Shown here: positions 19,493 to 31,800 of the stretch, in pieces
Position numbering within the stretch: position 1 is the stretch's first letter
Layout of the letters: each line of letters begins with the position of its first letter
DNA from: an uncultured bacterium
Lineage (GTDB): Bacteria; Verrucomicrobiota; Verrucomicrobiia; Verrucomicrobiales; DEV007
Direction: 5' to 3'
NCBI GenBank assembly: GCA_963977015.1
Contig: CAXBMO010000014.1
Location: 64,001 to 128,000 of the forward strand
DNA: 64,000 nucleotides
The notes under the pieces: generated by a model
Databases searched by the model: none
What the model saw: only the letters and a program-made list of their open reading frames with translations
Told to the model about the DNA's origin: nothing
Translations under genes and position numbers: made by a program

Positions 19493-20147
19493 TGAATCCG
19501 GTAAGAGCGGGGCTGGTGCGCGATCCGAAGGATTACCGCTGGAGCGGCTACGGGGAGGCGGTCGCCGGCAAGGCCCGGGCTCGCGAGGGGCTCACTCGCC
19601 TGGACGACGCGAATTGGGATGACGGGGGGACGGAGAGCTGGAGATCGGTGCACCAGGTTTACCGGTGTTGGCTCTACGGCGACGAGCGCGAGCGGCTCGA
19701 TGACGAGGGCAAGGTGACCAAGCGCGGGTTTTCGGCTGAGGCGTCCGAGGCGGTCATCGAGCGCGAAGAGGGCGCCTTGGCCAGGGGATACTGGTTAAGG
19801 CGCGGATCCGCTATTTCAGCGAAGGGGTGGCGCTGGGCACCAAGGGGTATGTGGAGGAGGTGTTTTGCGAGCGGCGCGAATAGTTCGGGCTGAAGTGGCT
19901 CAATGGGCCGCGCAAGATGCGGGATGTGGATTGGGGTGGGCTCGTCAATATGCGCGATTTGCGCGGAGGGGTAAAAAGCGGTTCCAGGGTTTCCATTTTC
20001 TCCGATGAACCAGTCCAAAAGCCGCCCGTGACGGGACCGGCTGGCTGTGAAGCTGGCAAATCTTGGCAACCTGACCCGAACGCCGATTTCGCGAGTAACT
20101 GGAACGCTTGAAGCTAGGAACACCTCGGCGAGTACGCCGATCGCAGT
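19493..20147 (+). mobile_element. REP-associated tyrosine transposase (RAYT) C-terminal remnant plus 3' flank
   Basis: NPVRAGLVRDPKDYRWSGYGEA motif, then a frameshift to RIRYFSEGVALGTKGYVEEVF..(TAG)..RKMRDVDWGGLVNMRDL; HUH N-terminal part missing. Confidence 0.8.
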
Positions 20148-20534
20148 CTTCTTCCAGAGGGTCTTTTGTCAAAGACCAGAAGAGATTGATGTTCTGTGTG
20201 AGAAAGTCCTGTCCCTCCAATTCGTGTATGACCCTCCCGCGTCCGATTCATCGTAGAGAAGCTGCGGAGTGGGACTTCGCGAAGCCGATCGGAAAAATGC
20301 CGACATTTTGAGGACCTGGATTATCTTTGTTTCTTAATTGTTAAATTCTCTGAAAGAAATATTGATAATCAAGTGGCTGGGTCTAATTTTGGTTCCACGC
20401 ATGGTAGTGATGCCCCTGGTCCCGTTGCTGATTGAATGGAGGAACCGGATGGTAAATCGCCAGTGCGACGTTTCGACAGCCCCTGCAGGCAGCACTATTT
20501 GGGCGGGTTCATTACAATACACACTAAAAATGCC

Positions 20535-21767
20535 ATGAAAAAAGCACTTGCCACATTTGTAATCGCAACGTCGTGGGGCGTCGCTTTTGCGGGAGAGACA
20601 ACCCCGGAAACCTCGGATGAACCTGCACCGGAAGCCTGGTATGAACGCGAGCGACTTCTCGGAACGTTTGATACCCTGGAAGATGCAGGTATTTCCCCAT
20701 TCCTCTATTTTGATTCAATCGCTGCGGCAAGCGTAGACGGTGGACTTGAGTCCGCCCAGAACTTTACGGTGCAGACTTATGCCGGTGTTGATCTCGATCT
20801 CGAAAAGTTGTTAAACTGGAACGATACCACCGTTAAACTTTCGATGGTTGATCGGGAGGGTCTTGGTATTTCCAAGGACGTCGGCGGCATTTATGACCCC
20901 ATGACAATCAACGGCGGCGCCGACGGACAGGTGACCTGGTTGTATCAGGTCTGGCTCGAGAAAGTCTTTGCAGACAAGTGGGCGGTTAAACTCGGCCGGA
21001 CATCCATGGATGAGGATTTTGCGGAGGGCGGTCTGAACCGTTACTCTTTAAGCACATCCATCAATGGTCCTATCCGATCCATGATGCTTGAGAATCCCCA
21101 GATTTTTTCCTTCCCATTGGCTCTATGGGGAGGCCGGCTCAAGTATACTCCGAACGATGAGCATCAGTTCATGCTTGGAGCTTACCAGATTAACGACAAT
21201 CCGTTTGGGACTCACCTCAAAGGAACCGACTGGAGTATCAACAGCGGTGACGGGGTGACCATTATGGCGCAGTATGACTGGACGCCGGAGGTGTTTGGCC
21301 GCCCGGCCCGCTTCTATGCTGGTCTTGCCGATTCCATCTATGACGTCAATGACTTCGATGGTGGAGTAAGCTCGAACATGCTGACCTTCTATGGGCGAGG
21401 CGAAGTTGAAGTGATCGACGACCTGAAGCTGTTCGCTTTCGCTTCATACAACTATCAGGATGAATCGGCCAAGATTCCGCTGCAGATCAGCACGGGTGCA
21501 AACTGGAAAGGTTTGATTCCTGGTCGTGAGAACGACCACACAGTGGCCTTTGCCACCTATGGTAAGATCAGCGATGTTTATGGTGAATTTGTTACCCAGG
21601 GGGATGTAAATGAAGAATTCGTCTTCGAACTCGGACATCGTATCCAATTGATCCCATCCACCTACATTCAGCCTGCCGTTCAGTACATTGTAAATCCCGG
21701 CGGCGGGACCAATGGCGATATCGACGACGCAGTCGTCATCGGTGCCTGGTTCGGAGTCACCTTCTAA
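20535..21767 (+). CDS. Carbohydrate-selective porin, OprB family
   Basis: Start MKKALATF (signal peptide); DLDLEKLLNW, GLIPGRENDH, IQPAVQYIVNPGG motifs; terminal Phe. Confidence 0.85.
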   Translation: MKKALATFVIATSWGVAFAGETTPETSDEPAPEAWYERERLLGTFDTLEDAGISPFLYFDSIAAASVDGGLESAQNFTVQTYAGVDLDLEKLLNWNDTTVKLSMVDREGLGISKDVGGIYDPMTINGGADGQVTWLYQVWLEKVFADKWAVKLGRTSMDEDFAEGGLNRYSLSTSINGPIRSMMLENPQIFSFPLALWGGRLKYTPNDEHQFMLGAYQINDNPFGTHLKGTDWSINSGDGVTIMAQYDWTPEVFGRPARFYAGLADSIYDVNDFDGGVSSNMLTFYGRGEVEVIDDLKLFAFASYNYQDESAKIPLQISTGANWKGLIPGRENDHTVAFATYGKISDVYGEFVTQGDVNEEFVFELGHRIQLIPSTYIQPAVQYIVNPGGGTNGDIDDAVVIGAWFGVTF

Positions 21768-22803
21768 ACTGGGTTCCGTTTTACGACTGAATTGCGAAGC
21801 GGCAAAGAACAGAAGATCGCGGACTTCTTTCGCAAATTCGGCGTTGCTCGTCAGTTAGTGAGACCGCCTTCCTCCCGTCTTGAACTTGGAAGTAAAAAAA
21901 GGTTCCTCGCGAATTTCATTTCCCAACTTCGTTCTCACAACGCCGGAGAATCACTGGCAGGCGCTGGTGGAAGTGCGTGATCCCGGGAAAAATCCGTTGA
22001 TCGGCGCGCCAGATTCCGACTTTGAAGGTCATGGTTTGGGACTTTCTGTTCGCGCGTTGGCGAATCGAACTGGCGATAGCAAGACTCCTTAGAGTCACTA
22101 AAAATCGTAAAATTGTTAAAAATGGCGCGTTTCCAGTTGCTTTCTTTCGGTGTTTTCCGCTAGAAACGGGGCGATTTCGTCACATTTGGCGTTCTGGATA
22201 CAATCTGCGATGTAGCCGGAGCTCTATCATCTGTGTAGCGATTCGGTTGCAGCGGAGAAATTTGGAACAAACCCCTACAGTCTATTACAGCACTGCCGAA
22301 ACGGCGGATGTTTACACTTCTGTCGAAACTGAGGTTTCGAGGGAGTGGTTTAGCGTGCCTGGGGATAAGGAGGAGCGTTCAACTCTGAATTCGGGGCCCT
22401 CTGGTCGGCCTTTTAAGGCTCAATCTGTCGCGAGATCCCGTTTTGTGCTCTATTCCTGGCATCAGGTTCCAAGGGAGAGGGTTACATTGCGTCGGATTTG
22501 CACGCCTCTGCAGATTCCAGTCGATTTTCGCCTCGGTCGCATTGGTGTTTCTCAGCTGCTGACCAGTTATGTCTGGCTTTTTGGCGGCAATTCTGATCCC
22601 GGCAAGGGACGTTCCAACCTTGGTGCTAGGATTTGCCTTTCGATTTGTTCATGCCTGTTCGGCTCTTTGCGACGCGATGCGTTCGCGGGATCTGGCGGGC
22701 CTTTCTTGTTTTTAGCGAAGATGAGCTCACGTGTCCGGCCCCATTTCGATTCTTATCCAGGGCACCACGGGCTTTCCCCGAAACTTTTTTGCGTTCCCAC
22801 CCC

Positions 22804-25800
22804 ATGACCGACAAGACCCCACCTCAATCTCGTAAGAGTAACCGATCTGAGAATGACGAAGCCCGCAAACGCAGGGACCTTCATTTCGAGCCGTTGGAAG
22901 CGCGGATTCTCTATTCCGCAGCCCCGGTGGATCCTGGTGAGGCCGGTCCCGAAGCGGAGGCGATGCCGACAGCCGCACAGCACGCTGCGCCTGCTTCGGA
23001 AGCTGCGTCCCCCGTAACCGAGGAGGAAAGCTCTGCGCCCGAAACGTCTGTGCTCGATACCGAGGTTGTTGTGCTGGCAGAAGAAAGCGATTCGACTCTC
23101 ATTGGGGATGAGCAGGTGGCGGGCGAGCCGGATGGCAAAGTCGGTTCGTCTTCTGATTCAGCAGGGAACACCCTGACGGCTGAACAGTTGGAGGAGATCG
23201 CCGAGGCGGCAGCCGAACGCTGGCGGATGACAGGGCTGACTGAGGAGCAATCTCTCGCGTTGGCCAACGTCTCTTATCAGATTGCGGATCTGGACGGGAC
23301 CTATCTTGGAGTGGCGGAAGGCAACGTCATTACCGTCGACGTTAACGGGGCGGGAAGGCAGTGGTTCGTCGACGAAACTCCGCTCGAGGACGAGGAATTC
23401 ATCTCGGTGGGGAGTCAGAGCACGGTGCAGGCGGCCGCAACGCCTGAGGCCATCGGCCGGATGGATTTGCTGACGACGCTGATCCACGAGCAGGGACACA
23501 TTCTGGGGCTCTCTCATGACGGCTCCGCGTTGATGGAGGAAACACTAGGAGCAGGCGAACGCAGGGGCTTGACTCCAGGCATCGCAGAAGGCGCCGAGCC
23601 GGATTCGTTGGAAGAGGCGCATTATTTGCAGGCTGAGTCCAATGTGTCCCCGAGCGAACTTTCCGGAATGCAGTTGTTGTACGGCACCGACAGCTTTTCG
23701 AATTTCGACAATGCGCACAATTACGATGTCGACAACTCAGGGAGTATACCGACAGGTTCGTTCGATCGCGTTGCCTATTACCTCGAATTGGATTCCTACT
23801 GGGTGTGGGTGTCGATGGACGCGTTCCAGACCGACCCCGCATTGGTCGGCGTTCCCGCAGACAACAGCGGAATTGTCGAAAACGGAACTGTCGTCACCAA
23901 TCTGGTGATCGAGTCGAATCACCCGAATGTGACTTCACGGGAAATCGACCAGGGGATTCTCGAGTTTTGGGCCAGCAACTACGGTACCAGTGGCGGCGGT
24001 CTGTTCAATTCGAACGATGGTCAGTTTGACTGGAAAGACAGCGGTGGTTCCACAAGCGGCGGACACGGCGCCATGCAGGTGGCGGACATCACTCCAGGAT
24101 CCGAAGAGATGATTTTCTCCATAACCGGCAGTGGCATCGGCATTGGCAACCAGCCAAGCGGTCATCCGGATTGGACCTTCGGCCCGAATTCCTACGGAGT
24201 GCGTAATCTGGAAATTTGGGTCGGCAACGCGAATGAAGCACCGGTGGTGACGGCTGATGCGGGAAGTTTGTCTTACGATACCGTCACGGCGGGAGCCCAG
24301 ACGGTAAATTCGGGGATCACGGTGACGGACGCCAATGATGCGGATCTCACAGGGGCCGTCGTGGCCATTGCCGAAGGACATGTGGCAAGTGAGGACGTGC
24401 TTGATTTTGTGGTTCAGGGAGGCATTTCCGGCAGTTTTGATTCGGTTGCCGGAACCATCACCTTCAGCGGAACGGCATCCGTGGCGGATTATCAGGCGGT
24501 TTTCCGCAGTGTGACTTACGAGAATACCAATAGCGTCGATACCAACACCCAACCTCGGCGCATCAGCTTCACGGTGACCGATTCGGAAGGCGCCATGGGT
24601 TCGGACGACGGCTTCGTCACGTTCGCGAACCCGGTCATCTCGAACACCTATGTTTGGGACAACAACTCGGGTAATTCCGACTGGAGCGACGCCACGAACT
24701 GGGATCAAAACGTCGGTGCGCCAGACACGAGCGGGGAAATCGCCGTCTTTCGTGGCGTCGACGGCGTGGTGGATCTCGGCGGAGCGACGATAACGGCCGG
24801 TGAAGTGCGGTTCGAGCATTCGGGCACTCTGACGCTTACCAATGGCACCCTAATCGCCAATACCATCACGATGACGGGAAGCGGGACGGCGGATTTATTC
24901 GTGGAAATCGATACCCCGACTACGTTCAACCTCACCGGCGGTCAGTTGAATCTCCACAACGAGAACAATGACCTCACCGGCACGGTCAATGCGAGCAATG
25001 GAGCCACGTTCGGCGCCGTCCTGAATGCCACCGGCGGCGCGGCGGGGAATCTCAACGTGAATCTGAATGGAGGTGCGTTCGAGTTTCTGGCCGGAACCGT
25101 TCCGGGCACGTTGAATGGCACGATCACGGCTCTCTCCGACTCCGCGATCAACGTTGCGAGCGGTGCTCAAGATGGGACGATTTCCAATCTGGTTACGGCC
25201 GCGGGAATCACCCTCGGCTCCTCCTCGTTTTCTTCTGGCCAAAAATGGACGGCGGCGAACGTCGAGACTGCGGGCGATCTGAATTTGAGCGGGGACAACG
25301 CGGTCCACGTCGTCTTAGACAACATCGGCGAGACCGCCGCCACGAATCTCAGCTTCGAGGGCAATGGTGTTTTCGAACTGGCCACCTCCAACTCCTACAC
25401 GGGGAATACCACGGTGAACGATGAAGCGTCGCTGGTAGTCGCTCATCTTGGGGCTCTCAGCGGTTCCGGAACGACCGTGAATTCGGGCGGCGCGTTGGTC
25501 CTGACGGTGGACGAACTTGCTGAGAATATCACCATCAACGGAGCTGGTAACTCAAACTACTCCGCTGCGTTGACCGATGACACCGGTTCCTCCATCGATT
25601 TCAATGGAACGATCAACGTGGCCAGTGATGCCACGATTCAATCGCAAAATGGCGGCGAACTCGACCTCAACGGCGCGGTCACAATCGCTTCCGGGCAGAC
25701 CCTGTCGCTCGACGCTGACAGCACCCTGGACTTTGACACCACCATCACTGGCGATGCGTCCACGCAACTGCTCATCACCGGAGGCAGCGGCTATGCCAGA

Positions 25801-28800
25801 ACCTTCCGGAGCAATCCGGATTTCCATGGGACAGTCACGGTTCAGAGTCAGGGCCGATTCGATGTTTATGCCGCGCAAGGCTTTGGCACGGGCGATGTCT
25901 ACGTCACTGGAAACGACGCGAGCGTTTTCGTTCGGAACAATCACACTCACACCAACAACTTCTTCATCGAAGGAGATGGGCGCGGAACGGAAGGTGCAAT
26001 TCGCAGCGAAGGCGGCGACAACACGATTACGGGCATCGTAACCCTCACCGGCGCCACGACGATCTACGTCAACAATTCTACTCTGACCCTGACACAGGGG
26101 CTCCAGGCCGGGGGCAATGTGTTGAGCAAAACCGGCGGTGGTGCGACGAGCCGTTTGAGCCTGGGGGCGGACAGCGTCAATCTCCCGAACATCGATTTGG
26201 TTCACGGCCAGATCCGGGTCAAAACCCCGGGCGGTTTGGGCGGAACATCGACGTTGGACTTGAATGCCGACATGGGGGTCGAGTTCGATTTCGGAGCGAT
26301 CGCGCCGCAGACCTTTTCCAGCACGACGACCTTGCACACGCTGAACGTGAATAACGGGGCCATCGAGGTGATAAGCGGAGAGGTGACTCTCGATTCGACC
26401 TTCACGATCAACCAAAATCTGTTTGGCGACCTGTTCATCGGTGGCGACGGAACTCTCAACGTGGAAACTGGCCTCGGAAACGGCAGCGATGCGATTCTTA
26501 CCGGACTGGACCACTACGGATTCCACGTTAGCAGCGACACTTGGCTCGATTTGGACGGCAATGGCGGGATGATGGGAGGCGGCGATCCCTCGACGTTCAC
26601 GTATTTCAACGGCGCTTCCGTGCTGACGGATGGGCCGGGTTCGCGCGGGCTCGATTTCGACAACGACAACGATTTCATCAACACCGGCTCGATTGGTCAA
26701 TCGGACTATTATTCCAACCTCTGGGTCGGGTATTTCACGCCGGATGCCAGTGGGACCTGGACCTTCCGCGACGCCCGGAACGACGATCGCGGGGGAATTT
26801 GGCTCGATCTCGACCAGGACGGTGTCTTTGAATCCTCTTCCTCGGGACTGGGCTCGGATCGTGGCGAGCAACTCGCCTGGGAAAACACCTCGGCCAAAAC
26901 GGTGAACCTGACGGCTGGCGAAAGCTACTTGGTCGCCTTTACCCATCGGGAAGGGGCCGGTGGTTCCTCGGTGGATTTCCGGTTGAATTACACCGGCACC
27001 GGAACGTCGGCCATTACCGGCGAAGAAGTCGTTAAACCGACCGATCCGGATCAGGCTGGGATGTGGTCGCCCTACCGGCTCACCTCTCCGCAAAACGACA
27101 TCGTCAAAGTGGGTTCCGGAGTCACCACCTTTTCCGTTGCCAACACCTATAATGGCACCACGACCGTCGAGGGTGGGGCGCTCGTCGTGGCTGACCCTGC
27201 TGCGTTGGGGGGAACTGCGGGTAGCATGGTGACCGTGCAGAGCGGCGGGACTCTGGCGTTCGATAACCCCGGCGATTCCACGACCGTGGACCGAGTTTTC
27301 ACCATTAGCGGAACCGGAGCCGCTGGCCAATTGGGGGCGCTGGTGAATTTGGCAGGCGATCACGAAATTACCGGAACGATCACCGGGGTCGGGGGTGAAA
27401 TCGGCATTGGATCCGACGCGGGCACGATCACCATCAACAAAACGATCGATCTGGGATTTGGGAAGCTCATTTTTGATGGCGACGGAGACATCGACGTGTC
27501 CGGAGATATCAGCGGCGATGTTACTCCCGGTTTCACCGCGACGACTCCGAACACCATCAGCGGTCTGGAAGCCTGGTATGACGCCTCGACGTTGAACCTG
27601 AACGACGGTGACGGCGTTACCGCGTGGGCCGACCTTTCCGGCAATGACAGGCATCTCGAAACCTACACCGGAACCCCGACCTTTGAAGCCAACGAGATCG
27701 GCGGACTGCCGGCTGTCCGGTTCGAATCCAACGAAAACCTCCAAATGGTGGCTACCGGCACCGAATATTTCGCCGGAGACGTCTATCTGGTTTTCCGCTC
27801 GGGCAACGGGGCAACTTTCGGTCCCGATTGGGGGGCTCCCATTGGAGTCAAGAATGAAGCCCCCGATGCTGACCGCACCTGGATGTTTCAGGGTGGCGAG
27901 GACCGGTTCTGGAGTAGTGAATTGCCGGCTTCGGTCACCCGAAACGGCGCGGAGATCTCTTCGTCCAACAGTTTTGATTTGGGGAATGTCGACACCAGCG
28001 AATACATGGTGTTGCAAGTCGCAGCCGGGCCGAACAACGGAACTCAGGCCCGCGAATACATTGTGGGCACCCGGACTGACGCTTGGGGCAATTCCCTGTT
28101 CGATACCGCCGAGATCCTCGCCTTCGACCATGCTTTGAGCGATAGCGAGAAGGAGATCGTTCAGGCTTACCTCGCCAGTAAATACTCGATCGGGGGCAGT
28201 TTCACCGGCCTGGGAGCTCCGAACTACTTTTTGGAAACCTGGATCGAAGGCTCTTCCACCGTTTCCAATGACGTGGTCAAACAGGGGAGCGGAACAGTAA
28301 CGCTTTCCGGGAACAACTCCTACGCGGGCGTGACTTCCATTGACGCGGGCACGCTGGCTGTGGACGGATCGATTGGTCTGGGCGCAAGCACGGTCACGAT
28401 CGCCAATGGAGCGACCTTAGGAGGCGGCGGAACCGTCAACGCAGACGTCTCGACGGATTCCGGTGGGGTGAATCCGGGTGGAATCGGCGCGACCGGGAAT
28501 TTGATCATCGACGGTGATTTGAACTTCGGCGCGGGCTCCGCGGCCGATTTTGACGCCGAATTCGACGCGGCGACTGGTGATTCAGTCACGGTGACGGGCT
28601 CGGTCAACCTGACCAACGTGGATTTGAACGCGGCGGCGCTTTCGGGCTATGCACCAACCGATGGCTCGCAGCTGACGTTGATCGACAACCAAGCCGTGGG
28701 CGCGGTCACTGGAACCTTCAACGGGCTGGCCGATGGAGCTGAGATCACCTCGTTGGCCAGCGGTAACGTCAAAGCCTACATCAGCTACTTTGGCGGCGAT

Positions 28801-31800
28801 GGGAACGACGTCACGATTTCGTTCATCGACACCGTCACTCCGGGCACGGTCACGGTGGGTGACGATCCCGCGTTGGACAACAACACCGCGTTTTCCTTCC
28901 AGATTCAGGGTGGCACGCTTCAGGTATTGGCAAATGGCCAGATCGTCGAGTCCCGTCCGCTGGACGCGGTTAAAAATCTCGTGATCAACGGGGATGACGC
29001 CACTCTTGGCAATGAAGGCGATGACGTCCTTACCATCGACTACACGGCGCACCCGGAGCTGCTGAACGTCGACATCACTTTTAACGGCAACGGACAGGCC
29101 ACGGCAGCGGGTGATACCCTCGTCGTGACCGGCGGGACGTTCGGCACGGTGACGCACAACCTCGTCAACGGCACGGACGGCAACCTCCATATCGACGGGG
29201 ACGGCCTTGCGGACATCACCTACACTGGGTTGGAGCCGGTGGACATGACAGGCAGCACCGCGACGGATTTTGTGTTTAACCTGCCGACAGGTGCGGATAA
29301 CGCGCAATTGAGCGACATCGGCGGCGGAGTGTTGCGTTTGGAAAGCACGGATGTCGCGCCGACATTTGAGAGCACCGATTTTGTCTTTCCGAGCGGTTCG
29401 GTCACCATCAACGGCGGCACCGGCGACACGGTAACCGTCTCCAACGCAATCACGATGCAGGGAGACCTCACGATCATCTCGGACACGGTGAACATTGTCG
29501 GCAATGTGGATTTGGGCGACAACACCCTGACCATTGAAAACGCGGTGGACGGCACGGCTTCCGGTGTGCTGAGCGGAGTGGGTAGCGTTGTCAAGCAGGG
29601 AGCAGGGACGTTGATGGTAACCGGGGCCAACACCTACACCGGCCAAACCACGATCGCCGCAGGGGTCTTGAAGTTGAGCGTGGAGCGAGTCGGCAACGTT
29701 AGTTCCGCCTTGGGCGCCGATACTGGGTTAACCGTAGTCCAGGACGGCGGGACCTTGGATATCAATGGAATTTCCGTCGTGGGTGAAACGATTGAGATTG
29801 AGGGAGCGGGCCACAATGGAATCGGAGCGCTGGCGAACTATGGGCCGGCCGATACGAACGCGTTCAACAACGTGACGCTAACCGGAAATGCCACCTTTGG
29901 CAGCGCCAGCATCCGGACAGACATGGTTGGAAGCCTCGACATGGGCGGCTTTACTTTGACGAAGATTGGCGGTGGCCAGCTTTACCTGAAAAACCTCACC
30001 GTCACCAATACGGGCGACATCGACATTCAGAGCGGGCGTGTGGATCTCGAAACGACGACGTCTTTCGACGCGACGATTGATGATACCGTCACGGTTCGCA
30101 GCGGAGCGACCTTGGAATTCAACCGGAACCCGGCCGTTCACGATTTCAGCCTCGTGTTGGAAAACAACAGCACCGTGACGAACCGGACCTACGGTTCGGT
30201 CGACACCACGAGCGAGGTGACCGGCAACGTGACCCTGGTTTCAGGCACGGCGATCATCGCGGTATCAAATACGGGCGGAAACCCCATCACGGTCCTTTCC
30301 GGAGCCATTAGCGGCGCGGGGAGCCTTCGCAAAACCGGACCGAACACCCTGATTCTCAATGGTGACAGCGACTACGACGGCACCACCCAGATCACTGCGG
30401 GCACGGTCGTGGTCAACGGCGACAATTCTGGCGCGGAAGGCGCGGTTTCAGTCTCCAGCGGAGCGACCTTGACGGGAACGGGGACTTTGGGCGGAGTGGT
30501 CACGGCCTTGGCAGGCTCGAACGTCGAACCGGGTGTGGCAGGCGTGGGAACGCTGACGGTAGAGGCGAATATCTCGTTGAGCGGTGATTTGGAAATCGCG
30601 ATATCCGGAGCGAATGCGAGTCAACTTGATGTAGATGGGGATAGCACCACAGGAACGGATGTGACCTTGGGCAGCACGTTGACGCTTGTCGCCACGGGGC
30701 CAACTGCGATGCTCTACACCATTGTCGATAACGACGGCACCTCCGACGCGGTGAGCGGAATTTTCACCGGTTTACCGGAGGGGTTTACGATCGACATCGA
30801 CGGGGTGGATTACAAAATTTTCTACGGTGGCGGCGACGGCAACGACGTGGTTTTGGCGAATGTCACCATGACCCACTCCACGGTCTACGTGGACGACAAT
30901 TGGGCTGCGGGAGGAAGTGAACCGAAGAATAACGGTCAGATCATCGCCGATGCGGACCTGGGAACGGCCGGGGCCGCCGGTCAGGATGCCGTTTTCGGAA
31001 TCAACGCCTTCGCCTCGGTTGCGGATGCCTTCGCGGCAGTGGTCGATGGGGGAACCATCATCATTAACCAAGGCACCTACACCGAGAATCTGAATCTCAC
31101 CAAGAACGTGACCTTTGAGGTGACGGGGCCGGATGTCGCGCAATCAGCGGTGATCAGCGGGCAGGTATCCGGCGCGGGGACCTTGACCAAAACCGGTGAC
31201 GGGACCTTGGTCTTGAGCAACACGGGCAACGACTACTCCGGCACGACCACGATCAACGCAGGCTCGTTGGAAGGCGTTGGTGGCGGCAACTTAGGCACCT
31301 CGAACATCGTGCTTGATGGCGGGGATTTGCGACTGGATGGGGATGCGGTTCCGACGCGTTCGACGTTGTTGCTGGATCAGATTAATGGCGCTAACCCGGG
31401 AGATCCCGCCAATGGTATTTACGATACTTCGGGAGGCAATAATTCCCGGTTGCGCGCGGATGTCGCAAACTCAGGAACGGTCGTTGCCGGCTACGTTGGC
31501 AACTGGGACACCACCTGGACAGAGGACGGGGGGAAAAGTGGTGAAATCACATCCAATGCGCGGACACGGGACGGGAGTTTAACCTATACCGCGACGGGAT
31601 ATTCGCCGGCTTCCGGAGGGGGGCACGTCAACTACTTCAAGAATGTAAACAACAACTACAATCTGGGGCGTGAGTTGAGTTTGGGCGAAGACGACAGCAC
31701 CATTGCCTACTACTTCAGCGTGATGGTGGAAGTGGACAACAATACGGAGAACAACTTTGGCGAGTTTGTTCTCAACTTCAGTTCGGACATCAACAGCACT

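Noticed and set aside
20380-20530. Cobalamin-riboswitch-like words upstream of the porin
   Set aside because: Only GGTTCC..GGAACC pairing; the conserved core and B12 box were not found
22110-22640. Sigma-54 promoter candidates (TGGCGCG..TTGC, TGGTGC..TTGC)
   Set aside because: GG-to-GC spacing is not the required 10 nt
22022-22807. 261-aa ORF upstream of giant 1 and the 57-codon N-terminal extension from 22633
   Set aside because: Non-protein-like composition; the paralog supports a start just before the LEPR-XLL motif
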